From Octopus vulgaris (lineage: Eukaryota), in contig OX597816.1 of NCBI GenBank assembly GCA_951406725.2, forward strand, positions 148,304,001-148,368,000: DNA of 64,000 bases, read 5' to 3'. Shown here piece after piece: positions 1 through 11,689 of this stretch (within the stretch, counting starts at the first letter, position 1; every line of letters begins with the position of its first letter). Under the pieces are notes generated by a model. The model worked only from the letters and a program-made list of their open reading frames with translations, searched no databases and was not told the DNA's origin. The position numbers and the translations under genes were made by a program.

Positions 1-276
1 TTTACCCGAATAACCACAGAGAAACACTCGTGCACGTATACGGGTATCAAAACACAAACACACAAGCACAGGAATAAGTGTGTGTGTGCCGCCATGATAG
101 ATCGCTAGACATTACACATTCTTTACTTTCTCTCCTTGTTTCTTTCTGTGTTCCTTTCTGTGGAAGAGCGTAGGCTCGAAATGTTAAAAACTTTGTCACT
201 TCCCGAGGGTTAAACTAATACATCTGTTTGTTGTCTACACCACCTGTCTTCAACTTTTGTTTTTTGTGAATTCTCG

Positions 277-278
<2 letters not shown>
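1..278 (+). mobile_element. 3' end (pLTR-like unit) of a Penelope-like element with a minimal hammerhead-like motif, ending at (TA)n
   Basis: CTGTGGA-A-GAGC-gtag-GCTC-GAAAT-GTT at about 158-185. Downstream sequence matches 20500-20626 and 50545-50670. An inverted copy of its end lies at about 342-390 across the TA/GA microsatellite. Confidence 0.65.
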
Positions 279-326
<48 letters not shown>

Positions 327-528
327 GGGGGGAGAGAGAGAGAGAATTCACCAAAAAACAAAAATTGAGGCAGATGGTGTAAAGTCAACAATTTAATGTT
401 CTAAAGTTGATGAACCAACTAATGTGCTTCTCCATTTTCTTATTTGCTATAAATGAATAGAAAACAGGACAAGTAGCATAAAGAACGACCCTTCATCAAT
501 TGTCAATCATATATATATACATTTCGAG

Positions 529-576
<48 letters not shown>

Positions 577-675
577 CATACATACATACATACATACATA
601 CATACATACATACATACATACATACATACATACATACATACATACATACGTACATACACACATACACACACACAG

Positions 676-699
<24 letters not shown>

Positions 700-706
<7 letters not shown>

Positions 707-2639
707 TGAAATGCGTTTTTACCGCTTGGATCGCTTTCAATGCCACTACGTCCCGTCCGATTCGCTCAAAAATTTACAGGGACACGTAGAATGAGGTGAC
801 GATGCTCGTGGGCTACCTTAGAAATCCCTAGCTTGAAAGGTGTGGTTGCTAGGGGCCATCTTCCTCACTCACGCTATTTCTTTCTTTCCCTCTCTTACTC
901 CCCTTCATTTATAACTTTGAGAATGCCACTCCTGTTATTTAATGTATTACCCTCAACACCCTTTCACTTTCCCTTTATAAGTCCATCAGACGGCTTTCTT
1001 TGATGTATCTGTCTGCATTCATAGGGAGAATTATCATCGCTACAAATCATGTATATGTCTTCCTCACTCACTCACTCTTTTTCCTAAAGATAATTATCAT
1101 CGCCACCACCACCACCACCACCAACACACAATACTCATTCTATTTCATACAAACGGCCTTCTTTTATGTATCTGTCTGTGTGAAAGAGAGAGATAACTGA
1201 AATTTTTTACTCGGTTTTTGTAGTGCGTGCGTGTATATGCATGTATGTGTATATGTATGTATGCATGTATGTGTGTGTGTGTATGTATCTATGTATGTGT
1301 GTGTGTATGTATGTGTATGTGTGTGTGTATGTGTGTGTATGTGTGAGTGTGTATGTATGTACCTTTGCCTGTTTATGTAACGGTCTGCTATGTAGAAAAT
1401 AATGAGGTTGACTCAATGGAAATACATACACACACACACACATACATACACACACATGCACACATACATACACACACATACATACACACACACACATACA
1501 TAGATGCAGTCCTAATGTTAAAAGTGCTGGCAAGTTTGCATGACAACTATTTTTTTTCCTCAAATGAAAGACGTGACCTCTAGGACAAAATTCCTCATCT
1601 TATAAAATGTGGCCCCAGTACACCCGAATGAAATCGCGTTATATTAACCAAAATGTGAAAAGGGGTCTAAATGGGGCTGGAAGGGGATTAAAATTTCAAG
1701 GAGCGGGTGTTTAGGAATTCTCTGTTACATCAAGCTAAAAAAATTGCGCCAGCCTTTTAATCGTCAATGTGTTGCCGTCCATGATGAAGAAGTTCAAATG
1801 CTTGCCATGGTGAGTCTACTGTTGTGAAAAAGAATTACTTCAAAACTTGGTGTTTAGGGATTTTCTTTTACATCAAGTTCAAAATTTTACGCCAGCCGTT
1901 AAACTGTCAAAACGTTGCTGTCCGTCGTTAAGAAATGCCAGCCATGCTGACTCTACTACCCTCAGATTCTATCCCTTCAAACTTTGGTTTCCAATATTTT
2001 ATTATTTTTATTCAGCTCGCAAGTTCGTCTGTCCCTTTTAAATGTTAGTGTTTTGCTGTCTGCCTTGAAGCAGACCTTTCCGTTGCCACTGCCTGATATT
2101 TATGATTGATCTTTCTAAATATTTTATTTCTCAACTTACTCAAGATCTTTTGTTGTTTATAAATAGGAGAGAGATAGATAAAGATAGAGAGTAAGAGAAA
2201 GCGAGGGAGAAAGGAAGAGTAAGAGAGTGGGAAAGTGAGAGAGAAAGGAGAGAGAAACAAAGAGGGAGAATCATCATCATCATCATCATCGTTTAACGTC
2301 CGTTTTCCGTGATAGCACGGGTTGGACAGTTTGACCGGGGTCTGGGAAGCCAGGAGGCTGCACCAGGCTCCAGTCTGATCTGGCAGTGTTTCTACAGGTG
2401 GATGCCCTTCCTAACGCCAACCACTCTGTGAGCGTAGTGGGTGCTTTTTTCGTGCCGCCGGCACAGGTGCCACGGGGGCTGGCTACGGCCACGATCGGTT
2501 GGTGCTTTTTACGTGCCACCAGTCAAGGCGGCGCTGCAATTCGCCACGTTCGGATGGTGCTTTTTACGTGCTGAAAGGAAGCAACAGAAAGTAACAACCA
2601 CACTCTTACCCGCGCGTAGAGCGGGTCACCTTCAGCTAG
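700..2639 (+). mobile_element. Non-autonomous Helitron-like element (5' boundary approximate)
   Basis: Hairpin ACCCGC(2608-2613)/GCGGGT(2621-2626) followed 9 nt later by CTAG (2636-2639) then T, the classic Helitron 3' terminus. The 5' part after (TA)n (ATAAAACTG...CCGTCCGATTCGCTCAAAAATTT) resembles non-autonomous Helitron left ends. Confidence 0.55.
2270..2575 (-). mobile_element. RTE-associated SINE / non-autonomous retroelement with (GAT)n tail, nested in the Helitron
   Basis: The minus strand reads GGTTGGCGTTAGGAAGGGCATCC...GGAAAACGGACGTTAAAC(GAT)n. Three internal copies of GGTGCTTTTT(A)CGTGC. Confidence 0.65.
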
Positions 2640-2670
<31 letters not shown>

Positions 2671-3986
2671 AAATACATATATTATATATACGTATATGTG
2701 CATATAAGTATATATATATACACATACGCATACATATAACTATATATATAACAGAATTTGTGACTGTGTGTGCGTGTGTGTGTGTGTCTGTGTCTGTGTC
2801 TGTGTGTGGTTCGTATACTCCTTATGGATTCGAATACGGAGTTACCTATTTTGATGCACGAGGTATGAAAGGATTCAGTAATCGTTTGGCTTGCAAATTA
2901 TGTTTTTTGCACAGAAACTATTTTCTACTACAAAATAACCTAGAAAACGAGGTCAGATGGTAAAGTTTTAAGGTCATTTTCAGGCAAATTTAGATTTGTT
3001 TCTAATCTTTGTTGCCAATTTTAAAGATTTTGGTTTCTAAAATGCAGCAATTGACAAGGAGGTTTATGAGTCCTTTTGTAATGCACAAAGCCCTATCTGT
3101 CAAATGAAAATGACCAAAAAAACATGCCATTTTTATAACAATTATTGGCACATTTTCCGTTAATAATAGCTTTTTTGCTAGAACTAAACTGCCAATGTGA
3201 ACGTCTTCAGTATTCTATGATTAAACAATGTCTTTGAAGTATTGTGATACCATTTCTTTACACAAAGCCCTATTTTTCAACAGAAAATTGACTGATGAGC
3301 CGTGTTCTGGCGTAATTGTCATAGCTTCTTACATTACTACCAAAAGCAATTTCCCCATGTATATTTTCTTGGTAGCAAACGACTCAAGAATGCCAAAGAA
3401 GCGTTTTCAGGTTTAAATTCAATAAACTTTCCCCACGGATTAAGCACAGTAAGGTCCTATATTCGTTCAAGGGTGGTAAAGACGAGAAGCAATGACTAAA
3501 ACCTTTCGAGGTTTTATGTCTTTCACATGTTTTTATAGAAGCCAATTTATGCAAAGTTGCTTATCGTTATTACTATATATTCATGCCTACTATTCATTCC
3601 ATAAGCCGCAAAGTTCGTAAAGATTTTTCTGCCATCTCCCTATTTTTCAAAGTGGTTGAGCGTTTACTAAAACGCAGTGGTGCGAAGGAAAACAAAAAAT
3701 GACTTGATAACCTCAGTGAAAAGAAAAACACGGCGCATCTATGCAAGGGCAAATTAGGGTTACATACACACATGAGTCCGCCCACGGTTTGTGTCCCATC
3801 ATTGGTCGGTATGCACAATGTCTTCACTCATTGGTACAATTTCAGATCAATTTTTCCCTCTCATAGACATGTTCTGCAAATATCAGTTGGTCGTGGTGTC
3901 ATTGTTATCAACGACGACCCAGGAGTCCAGTGGGTTTAGTGTGTACGTTCCGCTTGAACTTGAGTATTATATATTATATATATATA

Positions 3987-4119
3987 TATAACCAAAAAAT
4001 AAGCAACAAGAACGGATCCGGTAATTTAGTACAATTGTTTGATACTATAACAATTTATTAAAGCTGCAAATATTACAGCAAATATAATATGTCAAGTAAT
4101 CTTCAGCTAATATCATATA
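3987..4119 (-). repeat. 3' pseudo-LTR of the Naiad element, hammerhead with GAAA>CAAA core mutation (4026-4110)
   Basis: Near-identical to 8021-8153. Plus strand reads GTTTG (4037-4041) where the other copy has GTTTC. Confidence 0.9.
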
Positions 4120-4126
4120 GGTTTTC

Positions 4127-4395
4127 CAATAATGTAAAGTTCTCAAATCAATTAGTAACATCTTAGAGAGTGTAAATATACCGATAAAGTTGTAGAAATG
4201 AGTTTCAGGAACTCGAAGCAAAATGCCAAGCAAATCAAGATTGAGTTCATATATGCTTTCCAACAATGTAAAGTTCTCAAATTAATTAGTGACAGTCCAA
4301 AAAAGGTAAATATACCGTTAAAGTTGTGGATTAAAAATTTCAGGAAACATGAAGAAATATGCCAGTCAGACCACGATTAAGTTCGCATCTAACTG
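4127..4395. repeat. Diverged tandem duplication of about 134 bp in the Naiad 3' UTR
   Basis: CAA(T/C)AATGTAAAGTTCTCAAAT...GTAAATATACCG(A/T)TAAAGTTGT...TTTCAGGAA starts at 4127 and again at 4261. Confidence 0.85.
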
Positions 4396-5113
4396 TTGCA
4401 AGAAAAAATTTCTTTAGTGGGATGAATGGTAGTAGGGTAGGTCAAGGAAGCTGATTAGCTGGAGAAAAGAACAGAAGGAGAAAAAAATTTGGGGGGTGTA
4501 AATGGAACAAATACAGATTGACACTAAAAAGAAAGGTCAGTCTATTTCTATGGTGACAGAAAATCTAGGTCAGTGTGGAAGGAACCTTACATTCTTAAGA
4601 GACTGTAAGGTTGACCACACCTTGCTTTCAAATGAAAGCCATCAGAATTTATAGTAGGAGTTAGGGCAAAAGGAAGATCTAAGGAAAACTATAAGAGGGT
4701 CTTAAGTTATCGGTAGAGAAAGATACAGTAAGAAAATCGAGGTTAACACTAGAATAGAAGGCTATTTATTTTTGTTTTTGTTTTTATTTTAACTTTTATT
4801 TTTATATGGTAAGAAGGAATCTAGGTCATTATCTAAAGGTCAATTAAAAACAATAGCAAGTGGTAGGGGAACTGTACCTATTCAAATTTATAGTGAAAAT
4901 CAAATATATAACTAAGGGAATAGTATTACATGTTAAATTTAGAATAGAATTTCGGAAAATTTGCAATTCTATGATTTAAGTAAGGTTAATTTAGTTGACT
5001 ATAAAGTCAATTAAAAGTTAGCATAGTACATTTTCTATTTATTATTATATTAAAAAGATACAGTTAGAAAGAACAACAATAGGAGAACCTTCAAATTTCT
5101 ATTTGAAATATTT

Positions 5114-7873
5114 TTAAGTTTTGATTTTTGAATGAATACAAGACTGACCTAAATCTAGACGACTATTTAGTAGATTTTAATTTTTTCTATACTTTAAAAT
5201 CTCATAGGTCTACATAGAACAGAGTTGACAGCCTACTCTATTATTTCTGTAAGGTGATGCCCTTCTAACTATTTCCCATTTTAGGTTATATTTAATATTA
5301 TTATTTTTGAGTTCCCAATTTTTTCTAGATAGTGTAGTGCAACCTGCTTTATGATCTAATCGGAAAGATGATTGTTAATTCTCTGCTTAAAATTAATAGA
5401 ACAACCGGTGTAAAAAAAGTTACTATTAGAAGTTGTTATAGTACATTTATAGATTACATTTTGGACTGAACAACGACCAGATGCCGGACAATTTGATCTA
5501 ATCCTACAATTGCAGCTAGGGGTGTAATTTTCAGATTTGGAATTATTTAAGGACAGATCTCTCACATTGCTGTTATTCAAATTATTATAAATATTATTTT
5601 CATTATTATAGGTAATATTGTTATCTAAAGTGGGGTTACTATTTATTGATCCATTTACACTATCATTCACATCCACCATAACAATACCTCTATTACCTAC
5701 ATTATTGATATTGCTATTATTATTATTTGTATTTATATCAAAGTAATTATTACTGCTATAGATATAATTGCTATCATTATTTTCGGTATTATTTTTATTT
5801 ATATTATCTTTATTTTTATCATTATAATTATTTCTATTAGTATTACTGTTATTGATATTGCTCTCATTTTGATAATTATTATTATTTTTATTTTTATTTT
5901 TGATACTATTATTACGGTTATTATTGCTGTTCATGTTGATACTAATGTTACTACTCCTGGTTAATTTAATGTTTTTACTATTAATTCTAGCTATAATAGT
6001 GGACATATTTGGGAGGGCTGAATAAGAAATCCTAACTGTTCTCTTAGAAATTATTCTATGATATTTAGGAGAGGTTGGAAAATTTTTTTCTAGTATAGAT
6101 TTGAATCTACTGTATACATTCGATAAAATCTTCCAGTTAAAAGGAATATTTAGCCAAATGATATTTCCCTTTTTATATTTTCTTAAATTAGAGTTAGGGT
6201 GAGATGTATTATTACTGTTCTCACGAGAGTTATGATTCGTATTACTTTTATTTGTATGTTTTTTAGATTTATCTAGATTAGTTTTTTCAAAGTTACTTAT
6301 GTACTGGTCAATATTTTTATTCATATAATTTGGTTTGTACACTAGATTTTTCGTCACCGTAAATCTATTTTTATGTCGGGCACGATAGTTATTCTTATTT
6401 ACGTAGTTAATATTCTCTTCTTTGTTTGGAAGATACAAACTATCCTTATCGAGAAAGGTAATTTCATGGTTGTATCCTGCTTTAGATAATGCGGTATTAT
6501 AATGTTTAGAGTGAGAGTTGAATATATCACTATTAGATGACAGTTTGGAAATTCTTAGGGAAATATTTCTAACTAATGATTTTATTATATTAGGGGGATG
6601 ATTAGATAATTTATTTACATATCTAGTGATTTCACCTTCCTTTCTAAATGGGTAATGTAGCTTAGAGTTAAGGTCTAAGGTAATTTCTAGAAAATTGACT
6701 ATCTTAGTGCCAGGTTCATAAGTTATGCTAAGGTTAAAATCTTTAAATAACTTATTACTTTTCTTTTTAATCCTTTCAATGCTTGATTTACTATTGCTAG
6801 GAACAACAAACAGAGCATCATCCATATATAGACCACCCTGTAATTCAGGGATTTCTCTTTTTATGCACCTTAATAAATATGCACCTACTAAATTAGTTAT
6901 CTCAGCTGAATCGCTGGAACCCATGAGTATATCAAAATTATTAGGGGTATCTGCTCTAGTCCATAATTTACCTTCAAATTCTATGATAGCTTTTCTAGCT
7001 AGTAGAACTATGTCAATTTCTTTTCTAGATATAAGGGAGCAATTCATGGCAAAAATAAGCGATTTATTTAGCAAAATGGGGGATATACTAGAATAATAAT
7101 TATTTATATCAAATTGAATAAAAGAGAAACTGCTAGTGTTAACTAGAGAATTAAACCAATCTATTACTTCATGAGTATTAAACCATAGACTTAAGGGAAG
7201 GATTTGGGGTAGAACATTGTTCAAGATAGATTTACTGAGTCGGCCAATGTCCGACTTAGTTGGACATATGAGTCTTACCGAGGGGTTTTCTAGAAACTTT
7301 CTTTTGTGGTCCTTAAGGTTAATCCTGGGTTCACAAGGTATAAGAGGCTCTGTTCTGTCGGTCAAATTGTAATTTTCCATAACTTCTTTAATTTCTAGAT
7401 TAATTTTCTTCAGGTTATTCTTGGTTGTTATTTTATACTTTGAGTTAAGCTCCTTCTTATTGAGTCTGCTGTAAAGCGTGTAATCCAATCTATAAAGATT
7501 TCCTGTTTTGTCTGCTGGTACTAAGATACCTTGTTTATTCCGAATCGAATAAATAAAATCCTTGAGATGTTTAAGGTGAGGATTATATCTCAGTGGATGT
7601 TCCTTAAATTTTATATCCTCGATAAGATTCAGCAGATCTTTTTCAAAGTTTTCAAAGAATGGATTCGGAGGCGGGCTTTTTCTGCTTCTAAACATTCTTT
7701 TGCAGTTCTTATCCATATTGAGGGTCCTTATTCTGTTTAATATCATAGTGGTAGGTCTTCCATCTAATTCTTCTAATGAAATCGTTGAATCTATGGATCA
7801 ATAGCCAAGTGTATTCATCCTTACTATGTAAGGGGATATCCTTAGGGGAAAACTCTATATTTACTTTTTCCAT
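5114..7873 (-). pseudogene. Naiad PLE reverse transcriptase-GIY-YIG endonuclease polyprotein, disrupted
   Basis: ATG at 7873 gives MEKVNIEFSPKDIP...FIRRIRWK, then a frameshift at about 7710-7746. The 796-codon ORF carries PADKT, KDHK, FDI, MGS, YMDD, SNHPP, CNCRxxxxCPxxGxC and VIY...FYTG. After a second frameshift at about 5360 it continues TLSRKNWELK...WEIV...CQLC...LLNSR...CIH with two stops. Confidence 0.9.
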
Positions 7874-8059
7874 TCTTGTTGAGAAGTTAAGTACCAAAAA
7901 CATACACAATGTATGGGATTATAAGTTCAGCAAAACAATTTAGATTCAAATGAATATGGTACTTAATTTAGATGCACCAGAATTTTTTATGGTATTACCC
8001 ATAAAATCATGTGGGGTGATTATAACCAAAAAATAAGCAACAAGAATGAATGCGGTAAT

Positions 8060-8144
8060 TTAGTACAATTGTTTCATACTATAACAATTTATTAAAGCTG
8101 CAAATATTACAGCAAATATAATATGTCAAGTAATCTTCAGCTAA
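8060..8144 (-). ncRNA. Type I hammerhead ribozyme in the 5' pseudo-LTR
   Basis: Minus strand: UUAG-CUGAAGA-[long stem II]-GAAAC-AAUU-GUA-CUAA. Stem I UUAG/CUAA, palindromic loop III CAAUUG, GUA cleavage triplet. Confidence 0.8.
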
Positions 8145-8156
8145 TATCATATACAC

Positions 8157-8229
<73 letters not shown>

Positions 8230-10138
8230 CTATCTTTTTACATATCTTTAACCCAGAAACGCGTATATAGTTAATCAAACCCGGTAGATTCGTTATTTTT
8301 TCTCCTTTCCTGCGTGAGTTGAGAGTATTGCTGTCTGGGAGATATCTTATGGTAGTGGAATAGTATTTAACTGCTATTTCTAAATTTCGGTATGTGGTGA
8401 AGCAATTTTTGCTGAATCCTAATTATAATTATGCTTATAATTATAGACTTCTTGTATAAGGTTACCGATAATGTGTGTGTGTGTCTGTGAAACAAATTAC
8501 ATTAATTTTATTCATTTCTGCATATCCAAGCATGAATCTTTGAAATTTCATTAACATGGTTGACAAGGGGTTCAATGCAGACACAAATAACATTACAGAT
8601 ACAGTCAACGCTTGTTGATGGTCTAAAGTGTTACTTTAGTAGTTGTCAATGATAACTGAGTGAACCATATTGTGGTCAGTCTTCCAACGACATTAACTAT
8701 AGAATGTAGCGTATGTGTGTCTGAATTTATGCATGTATTTATTATATGCTTGTATAAGTTCAGTTTTCAAACAGGGGAAATGGAATTCAATACTTAATAA
8801 GAATATATACATTCATTCATGCTAACAAAAAAAAAACATGGATATCACTTCTAGACCTCATTACCTAAGTTCATTTCAGCAGGTGACACTCTCGCTAGAC
8901 ACGCTCTATCCCACTCAATACACCGTTTCTCGATTTCTTATATATTGCGGTTTCTATAAAATCTCGTGATTTCACTAAAAACCTCTCTCATTTTTACAAA
9001 AGATAATCTTACTTTTGTCTTAATATAAATGTTTCACTAAGTTTTGATGTGAAACTTATCTTCGTATTCTTTTAAAGTTGGCATTTTTTATTATCCCCCT
9101 TCCCGCTCTGACACAATATATCTTTTCCTTTATAACAGGTCATCACATTTCTCTTCCAAATCATTATGAATGTATGAATGTAAAAATGAAACGCTGTTTA
9201 TTATTCGTTGCCGTCTTGATGCAGGAGTTTTCTTCCTTTCTTAACCTGCTTTCTCTGCAGCCCTTTTTTTCTTTTTCTTTTTTTTCTGCTTCTTTGGTTA
9301 TTTGTGATCCGCCATTTTGGTTCAGACTCCATCTTCTTTACCTTAGAAATATGGTGTTGCAATTTGAGAGTAGGATTTCTACTAGAGATATTTTGGAGGG
9401 ATATGTTCATCTAAGATTATTTCCATTTTCAACTTGGTTAAAAGTGAGGTTAGTTACATAAAGGTTTCTGCTTCGAATGTTTTCACCGTAGCTCAAGATA
9501 TTAGCGTGTTCTTAAGTCACAGATCGCTTGGGTAACAACAACAGTTTCCACGGTTATATTACATTTGTTTCTTGATATTGCTGTTTAAGGGAAAAAGAAG
9601 GGGCATTACACATTCTTCTTTCCAACACTTGAAGCAACTGAACTTTCTGTACTCTGCTAATCTTAAAATACTTACCTTTAGGTTCTTCAAGAAAAGTTTA
9701 TCAGGGATGGCCTTTGTATTTCTCGGGCATCAGCTTCTGTTAGCCTAATACCCAGGCTCACTTCGGGTCAGTCTTCAAATTCATCCATAATTAAAGCAGC
9801 AAGATTTTCGATTCTCCCTATAACGCTTTTATGAAGAAAACCAAAGCCGAAACGTTAATTTCTATTAGTCTTGACGTTGTCCTTGCCTTTGCCTTAATAA
9901 ATAGTATTCTCCCATAAAGGGAAAGAGGTGTATATTTTTGGAAACCTGTAACAGTGGAGGTTTTTTAACATCACGTCCATAATGGAATAGTATAGTTATT
10001 AACCTGCATGAGAGACTACATCCCACATATTTGACGCCTGTTCTCATTTCTTTTATTCTTTCTTCGAAACCACCAACGTTAGCACAATATTCGTTTTCTC
10101 ATGGGATGATATATATATATATATATATATATATATTG

Positions 10139-10170
<32 letters not shown>

Positions 10171-10172
10171 TG

Positions 10173-10234
<62 letters not shown>

Positions 10235-11689
10235 ATACATAACTCAACCTCTTCATGAATCTTATTCGTTTTTTCCCTCGCTTTCAGCGCGTGTTTATGT
10301 GATACTTAAGGTAGTTTAAGCACCATTTGGCGTCTTTTTTTAGGGTCTGGCTTGGTCTGTTGAAATACTCGTTAGATTCCTTTAATATAGTTTTATAATT
10401 ATACTTATAAAATTATGTACTTTATAAATCAAGAGCTATATTTTTCATTTATCTAATGTCTTTTTAAAATGTCTATGTACCAACTGGCACACTTGACTTT
10501 CTAGAATGTTGTCTTCCATTAAATGTTGTCTAACCGTATGCATGAAACCGCCACATTCGCCAACGCGTGTTTATTAACAGATTTTACATCCTACAATAGT
10601 CACCTGTTATTATTATATTCTAGTGGAAAGAAAAACTACCGTCTTTGTTGTTACAAGACACGCTGCTGGCGCTCTTGTCCAATGTGTTATTTTCGATTTT
10701 GTTTGTATTTCTAAAGTCCGTGATAAATTTGTTTGTGTTATTTTCCAAATTTTCAAATTTGTCTGTAACGTTAAAGACATTAAAACATTCCTTTCCTCTG
10801 AAGAAACAAGATGGCCACCATTGTATTCAAAATCATCACCCACATATCCACAATATTCACAACGTCAAATCAGAGACAGACTAGCATAATAGAAGCAGAA
10901 TAGCGAGGACAATATGTCCCCTCCTTAGAGTAAAACATTGTCAACAAATTTTTTAAACTCTCGTGTTGTATATGTTAACAAAACTAGAAAAAGTATACAA
11001 GTCTAAATTACATAATAGAAAATGACAAATATTAAATCTAAAGGGAAGGAGGTGAAACATGCCTTGTTGCAGTGAAATTCAAAATTTATGAGGAGGCAGA
11101 AGGAGGAGGAATAGGAAGAGGAGAAGGAGGATAATAAAAGTCTACACTCCCCCCAATTTTCAAAAAAATATGAACAGAATGCTACACATACCTCAGGAGC
11201 ACGAAGGTCCACCAGGTGATGCAATAGAAACACGCATGAAACTACCAAGGAAGAAAAAATAATAATGTTCTTGATAATTAAATATTCTAAGCTTAACTGA
11301 AAGATAAAGAGGTCCCTTTGGCTTTTGTAGTATCTTGGATTCCATCTCACTATGCCGCGTTTTTGACAAGTGTTTTCTATCAACACATCGGATCAACCCA
11401 AACATGTGAGAGAAACTGGTTATTTAGCAGGTGTGTAGAAGTTTACCGAATGTTTGTATCAATAATACTAACTGGAGTGGGGGGCATGTCACACAGTGTA
11501 TACCTGTCATTCAGTTTCAGTACTGCATTAAATGTACAAATGTCTTTGGAATACTCAAACACATACTTTAATGAAATGAGTATTATGAAGGAATATTATA
11601 TTCTCATTAATTTAATAGTTAAATGTTATCCAAACACAAAATACGAATATATATATATATATATATATTAATACTATAACTGATCTAAT

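Larger units (their letters stand above)
3987..8153 (-). mobile_element. Penelope-like retroelement, Naiad type, near full length with direct pseudo-LTRs
   Basis: RT + C-terminal GIY-YIG ORF between two 133-bp direct repeats (3987-4119, 8021-8153). Both ends abut (TA)n. Confidence 0.92.

Noticed and set aside
3290-3325. CTGATGA-GCC...GGC-GTAATTGTC hammerhead-like string
   Set aside because: GAAA is mutated and no stem I pairing is possible. At best a relic.
4120-5520. Selenocysteine recoding / SECIS, reported for some Naiads
   Set aside because: The Cys motifs read here use TGT/TGC and the interrupting stops are TAG/TAA, not TGA. No SECIS was identified by eye.
6725-7096. Antisense ORFs over the RT genes (also 61530-61817, 62301-62504, 63192-63389)
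   Set aside because: They are shadow frames of the coding strand with no recognisable motifs.
11318-11671. SWIPSH resembles a LINE RNase H motif
   Set aside because: No other RNase H residues are recognisable around it, so it could be chance.
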